Shown: piece after piece, positions 16,822 to 26,503 of the stretch
Numbering within the stretch: the stretch's first letter is position 1
How the letters are laid out: each line of letters starts with the position of its first letter
From: Candidatus Dormiibacterota bacterium
Lineage (GTDB): Bacteria; Chloroflexota; Dormibacteria; Aeolococcales; Aeolococcaceae
Length of the DNA stretch: 64,000 nt
Assembly (NCBI GenBank): GCA_963709585.1
Contig: CAVPXI010000007.1
Span: 78,934 to 142,933 of the forward strand
Direction: 5' to 3'
The notes under the pieces: generated by a model
The model's input: the letters and a program-made list of their open reading frames with translations, nothing else
What the model was told of the DNA's origin: nothing
The model's database searches: none
Program-made: the position numbers and the translations under genes

Positions 16822-18766
16822 TCATCCGACGGCCAGACCCTCGGGGTCAGGCGCTGCGGAGAAGCCGGCGTCGGCCGTCATCCGTCGAGCAGATTCGATC
16901 TTCGCCATCAAGGCTTCCGGGGCGAAGGGTTTGCCGAGGTATTCGCACTCGAGGTCGTAGGCTCGGTTGAGAACCTCGGCGCTGTCGAGCAGTCCAGTCA
17001 TCACGACGATCGGAATACGAGCATGCATGGTGCCCGCGCGCACGTCGCTGATCAGGTCCCAACCGTCGCCGTCCGGCATGCCGATGTCCACCACCATCAC
17101 ATCGGTCGGGCGCGACAGCTCCGCCACCGCCTCTCGGATGGTCGGGACCAGCACGGTGCGCAGGCCGTGGCGCTCGAGGATCCGGCGGGCGATGACGCCG
17201 ACCGCCTGATCATCATCGACGACGAGCACACGACCGGTCGCCGCTGTCTGAGCGATCGGCTCGCGTCGCGCCTCGATTGGGAAGACGGCCAGACCTCCTC
17301 CTTGCGCACGGGCGAAGGCCAGCGACCGCTCGATGCCGGCTGCATCCATCGGCCGGGCGTAGTAGAAGCCCTGGGCGAGGTCATAGCCGGACTCGCGCAG
17401 ATGTTTCGCCTGGTCGGCGCGCTCCACACCTTCGACGATCGTCTTCAACTGGAGTGCACGGACCATGCCGACAACGGCATCGAGGAGATTGCTCGCCACA
17501 TGTCCGTCGGGGACGTGATCGACCAGTGACTTGTCGATCTTCACGACGTCGACCGGGAGGCGTCGCAACCTCGCCAGCGACGACGCGCCGATACCGAAAT
17601 CGTCGATGGCCATCCCGACACCGAGTGCCTTGAGACGGCTGAGGATCCGGATGGCACCGTCCATGTCGTCCATGACCGCGGTCTCGGTCACCTCGAGGAT
17701 CAGACGCTGAGGCTGAATGCTCGCGCTCCGAATCGCCTCCGCGACGATCGCAACGAGGTCATCCGTATGCAGCTGGCGCGGTGAGAGATTGACGCTCATG
17801 GTGATGTCGGCCGTGTCGCCGTACTCCTGTTGCCAGCCGGCGAGTTGCTGACACGCCTCATTGAGGATGCGCGCGCCCATGGGGATGATCAGCCCGGTGC
17901 GTTCCGCAATCGGGATGAAGATCGCCGGCGGTATGACATCACCATCGGGATGTTTCCAGCGCGCGAGTGCTTCCACCGAGACCATCCGTCCGTCGGCGAG
18001 GTCGACGATCGGCTGGTAGTGCACCAGCAGGTCGCCGGTGAGCCATGCCGTGCGCAGACCCTTCTCGACCCGCACCCGCTCGGCGATCGCTGTGTGCATG
18101 TACGGCTGGTACCGCGCAAACTCATTCCCGCCCGCGGCTTTGGCGGTGTACATGGCGAGGTCCGCGTTGCGCAGGAGCTCGTCAGCAGTCTCGCCGTGCC
18201 CGGCTGTGGCGATACCGATGCTCGCCGCCACGGCGACCGTGGTCGTACTTATCGCCAGCGGGAGTTCGAGAGCGGCGAGCACGCGTCGTGCCACGGTGTT
18301 CACGTAATCGCCGGAACCAGATGCCAGCAGAATGGCGAACTCATCGCCACCGAGACGCGCGACCGTGTCGGCATCGCGGACGCTGTTCACGACACGACGA
18401 GCAACCTGAAGCAGCACCTGGTCGCCGACGCTGTGACCGAAGGTGTCATTGACCTCCTTGAACGCATCGAGGTCGAGCATCATCAGCGTCACGGATTGCC
18501 CGGTGGTGTCGAGGGCCGCGAGCTCTTGCGCCAGGCGCCGGCACAGGAGCGCGCGATTGGGCAGCCCTGTGAGCAGAGTCGTGCAAAGCCTGATGCGCGA
18601 GCGCGTGGCGCAGTCCGCGCGACTTGATCGCGGTCAGCAGCGCGATACCGCCCGCGAGCAGCACCGCGGCAACCAGCGGGGTGGTCAGGGTCAGGGTCTC
18701 CTTTGATCGGCGCGACCTGATCGCCCGATCTGCTGCGACGACGTGCCCTCGCCCGCTGGCGGTCAC
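16822..18766 (-). pseudogene. Membrane-anchored GGDEF-EAL protein with a C-terminal receiver (REC) domain, interrupted by an apparent 1-nt insertion at ~18574
   Basis: ORF 16822..18492 holds the GGDEF (RDAD I-site + GGDEF), EAL (VEALARW) and REC (VLVVDDD...DIGMPDGDG...GKPF) domains but starts mid-domain. Frame of ORF 18446..18913 gives the TM helix TTPLVAAVLLAGGIALLTAI...ALHDS. The next frame continues LTGLPNRALLCRRL..., so the canonical HDSLTGLPNR motif is split. The GTG start at 18766 is tentative. Confidence 0.75.
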
Positions 18767-18960
18767 GATCCGACGGTGCGTACCGAGACCCAATCTGGGG
18801 GTACCCCGTGAGGCCCGTCTGTTCGACAGCGGACTTAGCGGGATCGGGTATCGATGCGCGTTCAACACTGTGACAACCGTCACCCAGCCGTCCGCATGTC
18901 CCCGTCGGAGCAATAAGCGTTTGTGTCATGCGCGTATCCGGACGGGTCGCGGTGGGTTGG

Positions 18961-18966
18961 TAGACT
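18961..18966 (+). promoter_or_regulatory. -10-like hexamer TAGACT placed for a leaderless transcript
   Basis: TAGACT ends 7 nt before the GTG at 18974. The same geometry occurs at 47582-47587 (TATAGT) before the GTG at 47595. Confidence 0.35.
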
Positions 18967-18973
18967 GCCAGAT

Positions 18974-19162
18974 GTGGCGAAATGGGTCGTGCTCCACCTG
19001 AGTGCCGACGACGCCTCGACGTATATCAACGTGGACGCGGTGACCCAGGTTCGACAGGTGTCGCTCGGCTCGACGCGCGTCTTCTTCACCGACGGCACCG
19101 ACGTTTCGGTGCGCGAGGATGCGCCCATCGTGATCGCCGCCTTCCGTCGCAACTCGATCTAG
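18974..19162 (+). CDS. Small hypothetical protein (62 aa)
   Basis: GTG in frame with ORF 18923..19162. Sequence VAKWVVLHLSADDASTYINVDAVTQVRQVSLGSTRVFFTDGTDVSVREDAPIVIAAFRRNSI. No family recognised; the start was chosen from promoter geometry. Confidence 0.4.
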   Translation: MAKWVVLHLSADDASTYINVDAVTQVRQVSLGSTRVFFTDGTDVSVREDAPIVIAAFRRNSI

Positions 19163-19252
19163 CGGACCGAGCCGGTCGCCGCATCAACGGCATCGGGGGG
19201 CGCGCGGGCGAGTTCACCCGTGGCATGGCCCGTGTGGCAGCATGGGTTGCTC

Positions 19253-20354
19253 ATGACAACGTCGCCGCTGCTCATGATCCCCGGGCCCACGCCGGTGGAC
19301 CCTGACGTGTTGGCGGCTCTCGCCGAGCCCGTCCGGAGCCACACCGGACCCGAGAACGCCGCGACGATGCTCCGGATCCAGGAAGGCATCCGGCAGCTCG
19401 TGGGCTCCGCCCACGCACGGGTCTACTGCTTCGCGGGCGCGGGCACGCTGGCGATGGAGGCGGCGCTCGTCAACCACGCGTCACCCGGCGACCGGATCGT
19501 CGTCGTCAGCCACGGGTACTTTGGTGATCGCTTCGCCGAAGCCGCCGGAGCGCTCGGGATGCGCGCCGACGTGCTGCGAGTCGATTGGGGCGAGCACGCC
19601 GGAACGGAACTCGCTTCGAGAGCTTGTGCTGCTTGGCGACCAGCCGGCGCTGGTGTGCATGACCCATGTGGACACCAGCAGCGGCGTGCTCGCGGATTGC
19701 GGCGCGCTCGCGGCGACGGTTCGCTCGGTCGCACCGGAAGCGGTGATCGTCGTCGATGGAGTCTGTGCGACCGGCGGTATCGATGAGCGGATGGATACAT
19801 GGGACGTCGACGTCGTCCTGACCGGCGCCCAGAAGGCACTCGCCGTGCCTCCCGGCCTCGCGCTCCTGGCCGTATCCGAGCGAGCCCGCCGGCGGCGTGA
19901 GTCGCTCGGCGAAGTCCGCGCGTACTACGCGGATCTGCGCCGCTGGGATGCGTCGGTCGACGACCCGCGCACGTACTTCTCGACGCATGCCGTGTCATTG
20001 CTGCGCGCGCTCGAAGTGTCGCTCGACGGCATCTTCGTCGAAGGACTTCCGGTTCGTTACGAGCGCCACCGCCGCGTGGCCGGCATGATTCGCGACGGCA
20101 TGAGCGAGCTCGGGTTCGTGCCACTCACCAATGGCGCGTATCTCGCGCCCACGTTGAGCGTTCTCGCGCTCCCCGACGGGGTCGAGGACGTGACGTTGCG
20201 CAAGGGGATGAGCGATCGCGGGGTGGTGATCGCGCCCTGTCTCGGGCCGTGGGCGGGACGAGGCGTGCGCGTCGGGCACATGGGGACGGTCGGCAAGTCC
20301 GAGGCCGCGCGCACGATCGATGCGGCGGCGTCGGTGGTCGGCGCGCGTGCTTGA
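19253..20354 (+). pseudogene. Class V aminotransferase (alanine/serine-glyoxylate aminotransferase family), apparent 1-nt insertion near 19590-19610
   Basis: ORF 19220..19786 reads MTTSPLLMIPGPTPV...GYFGDRFAEAAGALG...VDWGEHA, then junk. ORF 19521..20354 (next frame) continues ...LRELVLLGDQPALVCMTHVDTSSGV...TGAQKALAVPPGL... to a normal C-terminus. The restored length of ~367 codons fits the family. Confidence 0.75.
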
Positions 20355-21798
20355 GCCCGCCCTGCTTGGACGTCTGCGCGCCGCGGTTGGCGGCGACGGG
20401 ATGATCACCGCACCCGCAGCCCTGCGGACGTACGCGTGCGACGAACTCACGGGGCGCCGGGTCTCGCCCGCGGCCGTCGTGCTTCCGGTGACTACCGAGC
20501 AAGTGGCAGCGGTGGTGCGGGCGTGTGCGGAGGCGAACGTGCCGTTCGTCGCGCGCGGAGCCGGTACCGGGCTGTCCGGCGGCGCGCTCCCGGTCGCCGA
20601 CGGCGTCGTCATCGGCCTCAGCCGCATGCGGGCCGTCCTCGGCATCGACCTGGAGAATCAGCAGGTGACCGTGCAGCCCGGCGTCACCAACCTCGAGGTG
20701 AGCAAAGCGGTCCGGCCGCTGGGGTACTTCTACGCACCCGATCCATCGTCGCAGCAGGTCTGCACCATCGGCGGTAACGTCGCAGAGAATTCCGGCGGAG
20801 CGCACTGCCTGAAATATGGGTTCACCACGCACCACGTGCTCGGGGCGACCTTCGTCACCCCGCTTGGGCGAATCGCCCATCTCGGCGGACCGGTGCGCGA
20901 CGCAGCGGGCTATGACCTGCTCGGCGTCGTGATCGGCAGTGAGGGAACGCTTGGGATCGTGACCGAAGTCGTGCTGCGGATCGTTCGCGTACCCGAGTCG
21001 ACCGAGACGGTGCTCGCGGCGTTCGCAACCATGGGTGACGCCGGCGAGGCCGTGTCGCGGATCATCGCCGCCGGTATCACACCGGCCGCGATCGAGATGA
21101 TGGATCGTCTCGCCATCCAGGCGTGCGAGGAAATCGTTCACGCCGGGTATCCGGATTGCGGAGCGGCGCTCATCGTCGAGCTTGACGGGCCTGCCGTCGA
21201 GTCGGAAGCGTTCCTTCGCCAGGTCATCGACATCTGCACGGCGAGCGGAGCGACCGAGAGACGCGTGGCCGCGAGCGAGGCTGAGCGCGCACTGATCTGG
21301 AAGGCACGCAAGGCCGCATTCGCTTCGATGGGACGGATCAGCCCGAGCTACTACGTCCAGGATGGAGTCATCCCACGCACGCGGCTGCGCGACGTTCTCG
21401 AGTCGATCAGCGCACTGTCGGCGACCTACGGCCTGCGCGTCGCCAACGTGTTCCACGCCGGTGACGGCAACCTCCACCCGCTCGTGCTGTACGACGACAC
21501 CGAGCCCGGCGCCTCCGACCGCGCGCTCGAGCTCGCCGGATTGATCCTCGAGTCCTGCATCGCCGCCGGTGGCTCGATCACGGGTGAGCACGGAGTCGGA
21601 TCCGACAAAGCCTGCTACATGCCGAAGATGTTCACCCCCGGCTCGATAGCGGTGATGGGGCGCGTCCGCGACGCGTTCGACCCGAACGATCTCTGCAACC
21701 CGGGCAAAGCGCTGCCGACCCCGCGGCTCTGCGGTGAGGTACCCGGGATGTACCGTCCGCACGCCATCGAGACCGCAGGGCTGGCGGAGCGTCTCTGA
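20347..21798 (+). CDS. glcD: Glycolate oxidase subunit GlcD (FAD-linked oxidase)
   Basis: ORF 20320..21798, with GTG at 20347 just before the upstream stop. FAD-binding PCMH-type segments FVARGAGTGLSGGALP and CTIGGNVAENSGG. Confidence 0.85.
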   Translation: MLEPALLGRLRAAVGGDGMITAPAALRTYACDELTGRRVSPAAVVLPVTTEQVAAVVRACAEANVPFVARGAGTGLSGGALPVADGVVIGLSRMRAVLGIDLENQQVTVQPGVTNLEVSKAVRPLGYFYAPDPSSQQVCTIGGNVAENSGGAHCLKYGFTTHHVLGATFVTPLGRIAHLGGPVRDAAGYDLLGVVIGSEGTLGIVTEVVLRIVRVPESTETVLAAFATMGDAGEAVSRIIAAGITPAAIEMMDRLAIQACEEIVHAGYPDCGAALIVELDGPAVESEAFLRQVIDICTASGATERRVAASEAERALIWKARKAAFASMGRISPSYYVQDGVIPRTRLRDVLESISALSATYGLRVANVFHAGDGNLHPLVLYDDTEPGASDRALELAGLILESCIAAGGSITGEHGVGSDKACYMPKMFTPGSIAVMGRVRDAFDPNDLCNPGKALPTPRLCGEVPGMYRPHAIETAGLAERL

Positions 21799-23015
21799 TG
21801 GTATCGGCGGCGCAGGAGCTGCATCTGTTCACCGAACTTGTCGGCGCTGCGCAGGTCCGGACCGGAGACACCGCCGATGCGGTCGGCGGCATCGTTCCGG
21901 GCCTGGTCGTCTCGCCGGGTGACGAGCTGGAGGTCGCGTCCGTGCTCTCAGCCGCAACCGCGCGCGGACTCGTGGTCGTGGCTCGCGGCGGTGGCACGAA
22001 GATCGACTGGGGTTCGCCGCCCGAACGGTGCGACGTCGTGCTCTCGACCGCCCGTATCGAGGGAATCGTCGACCACGAGCCCGCGGACCTCGTGTGCGTC
22101 GTCCGCGCTGGAACTCGGCTCGCCGGCCTGCAGGCAACGCTCGCCTCGGCTCCAGGCTTCCGGCAGCGCCTCATGCTCGATCCCCCACAGGGCGCCGACG
22201 CGACCATCGGCGGCGTGGTCGCCACCGCCGCCAGCGGGCCGCTGCGCACGCGCTTCGGCACGCCTCGGGACCTGGTGATCGGCGCGAGCTTCGTTCTCTC
22301 GGATGGAACCGTCGGGCGGAGCGGCGGCAAGGTCGTGAAGAACGTTGCCGGCTTCGATGTCGCCAAGCTGCTGGTGGGATCGCTGGGGACGCTTGCGGTG
22401 ATCACCGAGGTGGCCTTCCGCCTCCATCCCATGCCCGCGGCGTCGCGAACCGTCGTCCTCGAGTCGCGGTCCGTCCTCGACCTGTGCAGGTTCGCCACAG
22501 GAGTCGGGCGGCTCCAGGTGACCCCGAGCGTCGTCGATCTCCACTGGCCCGAGGGCATGGTGATGGTGCGCTTCGACAGCTCAGAGCTCGGCGCCACGGT
22601 CCAGGCCGAGCGCGTCTCCCGGGAGCTCGGCGGCCGGATCCTTGCGGGCGATGAGGAGACCGCGTTGTCGGCGGCGGTTGCGGGGTCGCCCTGGACCGGC
22701 CCGGGGCTGGTGGGCGCGGTTGCGGTGCTGCCCTCGCGAGTCGGTCAGTTTCTGTCATCTATGTCTGCTACATGCGACGCCGTGGCACTGCGTCCGCTGC
22801 TCGGCACCGGCGAGGTGCGGTTCGCGCGGGAAGCGCTCGAGATGGTCGCGACCGCGGTGCGAACCGCCGGCGGCCGCCTGGTGATCAGGCGCGGCGAAAC
22901 CACCTCCACCGGAGAGCCCGAGGACGGCGCGGCACTCGATTTGATGCGCTCGGTGAAACGGCAGCTGGACCCTGCCCGAACACTGAGCCCGGGCCGCCAG
23001 CTCGGTGGTATCTGA
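21798..23015 (+). CDS. glcE: Glycolate oxidase FAD-binding subunit GlcE
   Basis: ORF track. ATG overlaps the glcD stop by 1 nt (TGATG). VVARGGGTKIDWG...GGKVVKNVAGFDVAKLLVGSLGTLAV. Confidence 0.8.
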   Translation: MVSAAQELHLFTELVGAAQVRTGDTADAVGGIVPGLVVSPGDELEVASVLSAATARGLVVVARGGGTKIDWGSPPERCDVVLSTARIEGIVDHEPADLVCVVRAGTRLAGLQATLASAPGFRQRLMLDPPQGADATIGGVVATAASGPLRTRFGTPRDLVIGASFVLSDGTVGRSGGKVVKNVAGFDVAKLLVGSLGTLAVITEVAFRLHPMPAASRTVVLESRSVLDLCRFATGVGRLQVTPSVVDLHWPEGMVMVRFDSSELGATVQAERVSRELGGRILAGDEETALSAAVAGSPWTGPGLVGAVAVLPSRVGQFLSSMSATCDAVALRPLLGTGEVRFAREALEMVATAVRTAGGRLVIRRGETTSTGEPEDGAALDLMRSVKRQLDPARTLSPGRQLGGI

Positions 23016-23016
23016 C

Positions 23017-24405
23017 ATGACCGCGGAGAGCTCCGGCCCGCCACGTGTCCTGGGGCATCCGCGCGCGGGTGCGGCGACAGCCGCGTTTGACGATCACCAC
23101 TCCCCGGACCCGGCCCTGATCGCGGACTGCGTGCACTGCGGTTTCTGCCTCCCCGCGTGTCCGACCTACCTCCTCTGGGGCGAGGAGATGGACTCCCCTC
23201 GAGGTCGAATCCTGCTCATGGATCTCGCGGCGCGCGGCGAGGTCGGGATGGACGCGGAGGTGGTGCGCCACTGGGATGCGTGTCTCGGCTGCATGGCTTG
23301 CGTCGACGCCTGCCCCTCGGGGGTGCAGTACAACCGCCTGATCGAACAGGTCCGCCCGCAGATCGAACGCCACTTCGCTCGCCCCTGGCACGTTCGCGCG
23401 TCGCGAGCCGCACTCTTCGCGGTGCTTCCCAACCCGCGGCGGATGCGCACGGTCGCAAGCGCGCTCGCGCTCACGCAAGCCCTCGGGCTCCGGAAGCTGC
23501 TGCGCCAGGAGCGGCTGCGACGCCTGCTGCCCAGGACCGTGCGCCGCCTCGACGACATGGCACCGTCCCTGCGCCTCGCTGATCTCCGCGCGCGCACGCC
23601 GCGACGCCTCTCACCCAGCGGACGGCCGGTCCTGCGGGTCGCACTGCTCACCGGATGCGTGCAGGACGCCTTTTTCTCGCAGGTCAATCGAGCCACCGCA
23701 CGTGTGCTCGCAGCTCACGGCTGCGACGTGCTCGTGCCCCCGCTCCAGAGCTGCTGCGGTGCGCTCGAGATCCATGCCGGTCGGGAGCGACCCGCGTTGC
23801 GGCGGATGCGCGATCTCATCGCCCAGATGGAGAACCTCGGGATCGACCGCGTCGTCGTGAACAGTGCGGGCTGCGGGTCGGCGATGAAGGAGTACGGGGC
23901 GCTGCTCGGCGATGACCCGTTCTGGTCGGCGCGTGCCGCGACCTTCTCGGCCCGAGTTCGCGACGTGATGGAGGTGATCGCGGACCTCGACCTGCAGCTT
24001 CCCAGGCACCTCCACCCCCTGCCTGCTCGAGTCGCATATCACGACGCCTGTCATCTCGCTCACGCCCAGGGTGTGCGACTCCAACCGCGCGCCGTACTCG
24101 GCCGTATCCCGCAGCTCGAGCTCGTCGACCTCAAGGAATCCGATGTGTGCTGCGGGAGCGCGGGGATCTACAACCTCGTCGCGCCGCGGGCCGCCGATGA
24201 TCTCGGCGATCGCAAGGCCGCCAACGTCGTCGCAAGTGGTGCCGAGCTGCTCACCGCCGGCAACGGTGGTTGCCTGCTGCAGATCCAGGCTGCATTGCGG
24301 CGGGCGGGACGTCCGCTGCCCGTGTTCCATCCGGTGGAGTTGCTCGACGCATCCATCCGCGGCCTGCCGATGGCCGAGGTGCTGGCCGCGCCGCGCGGCC
24401 GGTAG
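23017..24405 (+). CDS. glcF: Glycolate oxidase iron-sulfur subunit GlcF
   Basis: ATG at 23017 lies 1 nt after the glcE stop, within ORF 23005..24405. Two 4Fe-4S motifs (CVHCGFCLPACP, CLGCMACVDACP) plus CCG-domain cysteines. Confidence 0.85.
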   Translation: MTAESSGPPRVLGHPRAGAATAAFDDHHSPDPALIADCVHCGFCLPACPTYLLWGEEMDSPRGRILLMDLAARGEVGMDAEVVRHWDACLGCMACVDACPSGVQYNRLIEQVRPQIERHFARPWHVRASRAALFAVLPNPRRMRTVASALALTQALGLRKLLRQERLRRLLPRTVRRLDDMAPSLRLADLRARTPRRLSPSGRPVLRVALLTGCVQDAFFSQVNRATARVLAAHGCDVLVPPLQSCCGALEIHAGRERPALRRMRDLIAQMENLGIDRVVVNSAGCGSAMKEYGALLGDDPFWSARAATFSARVRDVMEVIADLDLQLPRHLHPLPARVAYHDACHLAHAQGVRLQPRAVLGRIPQLELVDLKESDVCCGSAGIYNLVAPRAADDLGDRKAANVVASGAELLTAGNGGCLLQIQAALRRAGRPLPVFHPVELLDASIRGLPMAEVLAAPRGR

Positions 24406-24409
24406 GCGC

Positions 24410-25608
24410 GTGAGCCCGGCGGCCGGCCACAACCCGGGAAACAGGGGGCTCACGGGGGATTCCCCCGAGTGCCGGGTGGTGGTTGTCGGCGCGGGCGCGA
24501 TCGGGCTTGCGGTCGCTCTCCAACTCCGGCGTGCAGGGGTGGAGCGGGTCGTCGTGATCGACCGAAACCCCTCGCCCGGCATGGGCTCGACGAGCCGCGC
24601 CAACGGCGGGGTTCGAGCGCAATTCACCACGCCGGTCAACATCACGTTCTCGCAATTCACCATCGAGAAGCTCCGCGAGTTGGACGAGGTCGAGGGTGCG
24701 CAGGTGGGGTTCCGTGCGGTCGGCTACCTCTTCCTCACCGGGACCGACGCGGGCGAGATTGCTCTCCGGCGGAGTTGGGAGTTGCAACGGTCACTCGGCG
24801 TCGACGTCCAGTGGCTCTCGCTCGCTCAGGTCCTCGAGATCGCCCCCTTTGTCAACGTCGACGGGCTATCCGCCGCGACGTTCTGCGCCGGTGACGGAAC
24901 CATCGACCCGCACGGTGTGGTGAGCGCGTTGTGGGCGGCGTGCCGGCGTCTTGACACCTCCTTTCTGCTCGACACCGAGGTGCTCGACGTGGCAGGAGGC
25001 CTGCGGCGCGCGTCCGCACCACGGCGGGAGACATCGAGACCGAGTTCGTCGTCAACGCCGGCGGGCCGTTCGCTCGTGAGCTGGCGGCGATGGCAGGCGT
25101 CGATCTCCCGGTCGTGTCGCGCCGGAGAAACCTTGCGTGCACCGAGGCTGTTCCCGGGATCCCAGACGCGATCCCCATGTGTGTCGACAACGACACCGGT
25201 GTGCTCATCCGCCGCGAGGGTGCCGGCTTTCTGATCGGGTTCTCCGATCCCGCCGACCCACCGAGCATGGACACCACCTTCGATCCCGCATTCCTCGACG
25301 CGGTCGCCGCGCGGGTCGGCAACCGCTTCCCCTTCCTCGAGGACGTGCCGATCAGCTCGCGAAAATGCTGGGCCGGGCTGTATCCCGAAACCCCGGACCA
25401 CCACGCCATCATCGACGCCGCAGCCACGGCACCGTGGTTCATCCAGTGCGTGGGCTTCGGCGGCCACGGCATCATGCACTCGCTTGCGGCGGGACAGGCG
25501 GTGACCGAGTTGATCAGCGAGGGTGAGTGCAGCAGCTTCGACCTGCGCCCGCTGCGACTGAGCCGCTTCGCCGAACCCGGAGCGGTCGTCGAGACCGCGG
25601 TGCTCTAA
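24410..25608 (+). pseudogene. FAD-dependent oxidoreductase (DAO / sarcosine oxidase beta-like), apparent 1-nt deletion near 24995-25012
   Basis: GTG at 24410 in ORF 24071..25234 gives RVVVVGAGAIGLAVALQL...TEVLDVAGG, then junk. ORF frame 25090..25608 extends upstream as ...ARVRTTAGDIETEFVVNAGGPFARELAAMAGVDLPV... to a normal C-terminus. Restored length is ~399 codons. Confidence 0.75.
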
Positions 25609-26500
25609 GCGACAGGGTGGAGCGCTGCGAGCGCTCCCGCCGGGTCGTCGATCAGGGTGCGGAGCGCCTGCCGCTGCTCCGCGTTCAGCGTCTGCAGGGG
25701 CGGTCTGACCGCGTCCTCGATCGCGACCCCGCGACGTTGCAGGATGAACTTCAACGCAGAGTGAAAGGGGAACGGTTCGATGGCTGATCTCGCCCGCGCG
25801 GCCCGAGCGCTCGCCTCCGGTGTGCCCGAGCGGACGGCGCCGATGGTCAGCTCGGGGAGCGCCGCGGCAAGGCCGGAGACCGCGCCTGCTGCGCCTGACT
25901 CCAGTCCCTGACAGATCAGGCCTTCGGCGCCGATGAACACGTCGAGGCCGGGAATCAGGTACGGCTTGACCCGATCGAAGGGAGCGTCGGAGACCTTGAG
26001 CCCGGCCAGGTTCGACGCGGTGGACTGCAGTCGCCGGACCACCTCGACCGGGACCGCGTAGCCGCTCCGCGCTGCGAACTCGTAGATGTAGAAGGGCAGT
26101 GGTGCGCATGCGCTTGCGGCTGCGTCGAGGTGGCGCCAGATGGCCTCCGCGTCGAGTGCGAAGTATGGAGGCGGGATCACGGCGACTCCGGCCGCGCCGT
26201 GGCTCGCCGCATGCTCGGCGAGAACCACCGTGTCGTGCGTGGTCTGCGCGCCGCAGTGCACCACGACCGCGAGCCGGTGATGCGCCGATGTCACGAACTC
26301 GTCCGCCGCACGTCGACGCTCGTCGACCGAGAACAGGATCCCCTCGCCCGTGGTGCCGAGCGCGAGGACGCCGTCAAGACCGGCGCGGGCGTAGAAGTCC
26401 ACGACCGCTCGATCCCATCGCCATCGACGGCACCGTCCGCAGCCGTGAGCGGCGTGACCGCCGCCGCGAGGGTGCCGCGAATCCGATGCTGCGATTCCAT
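25605..26500 (-). pseudogene. Dihydrodipicolinate synthase/N-acetylneuraminate lyase (DapA) family protein, apparent 1-nt deletion near 26400-26410
   Basis: ORF 26291..26500 starts MESQHRIRGTLAAAVTPLTAADGAVDGDGIER, then junk. ORF 25605..26402 (other frame) continues VDFYARAGLDGVLALGTTGEG... to the end. Restored length is ~298 codons. Confidence 0.75.
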
Positions 26501-26503
26501 GGC

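Noticed and set aside
18923-19162. FlbD-like (flagellar) identity for the small 62-aa protein, based on a loosely similar alternating pattern.
   Set aside because: The resemblance is only a vague beta-rich pattern. There is no flagellar context in the window and I cannot verify it without an HMM search.
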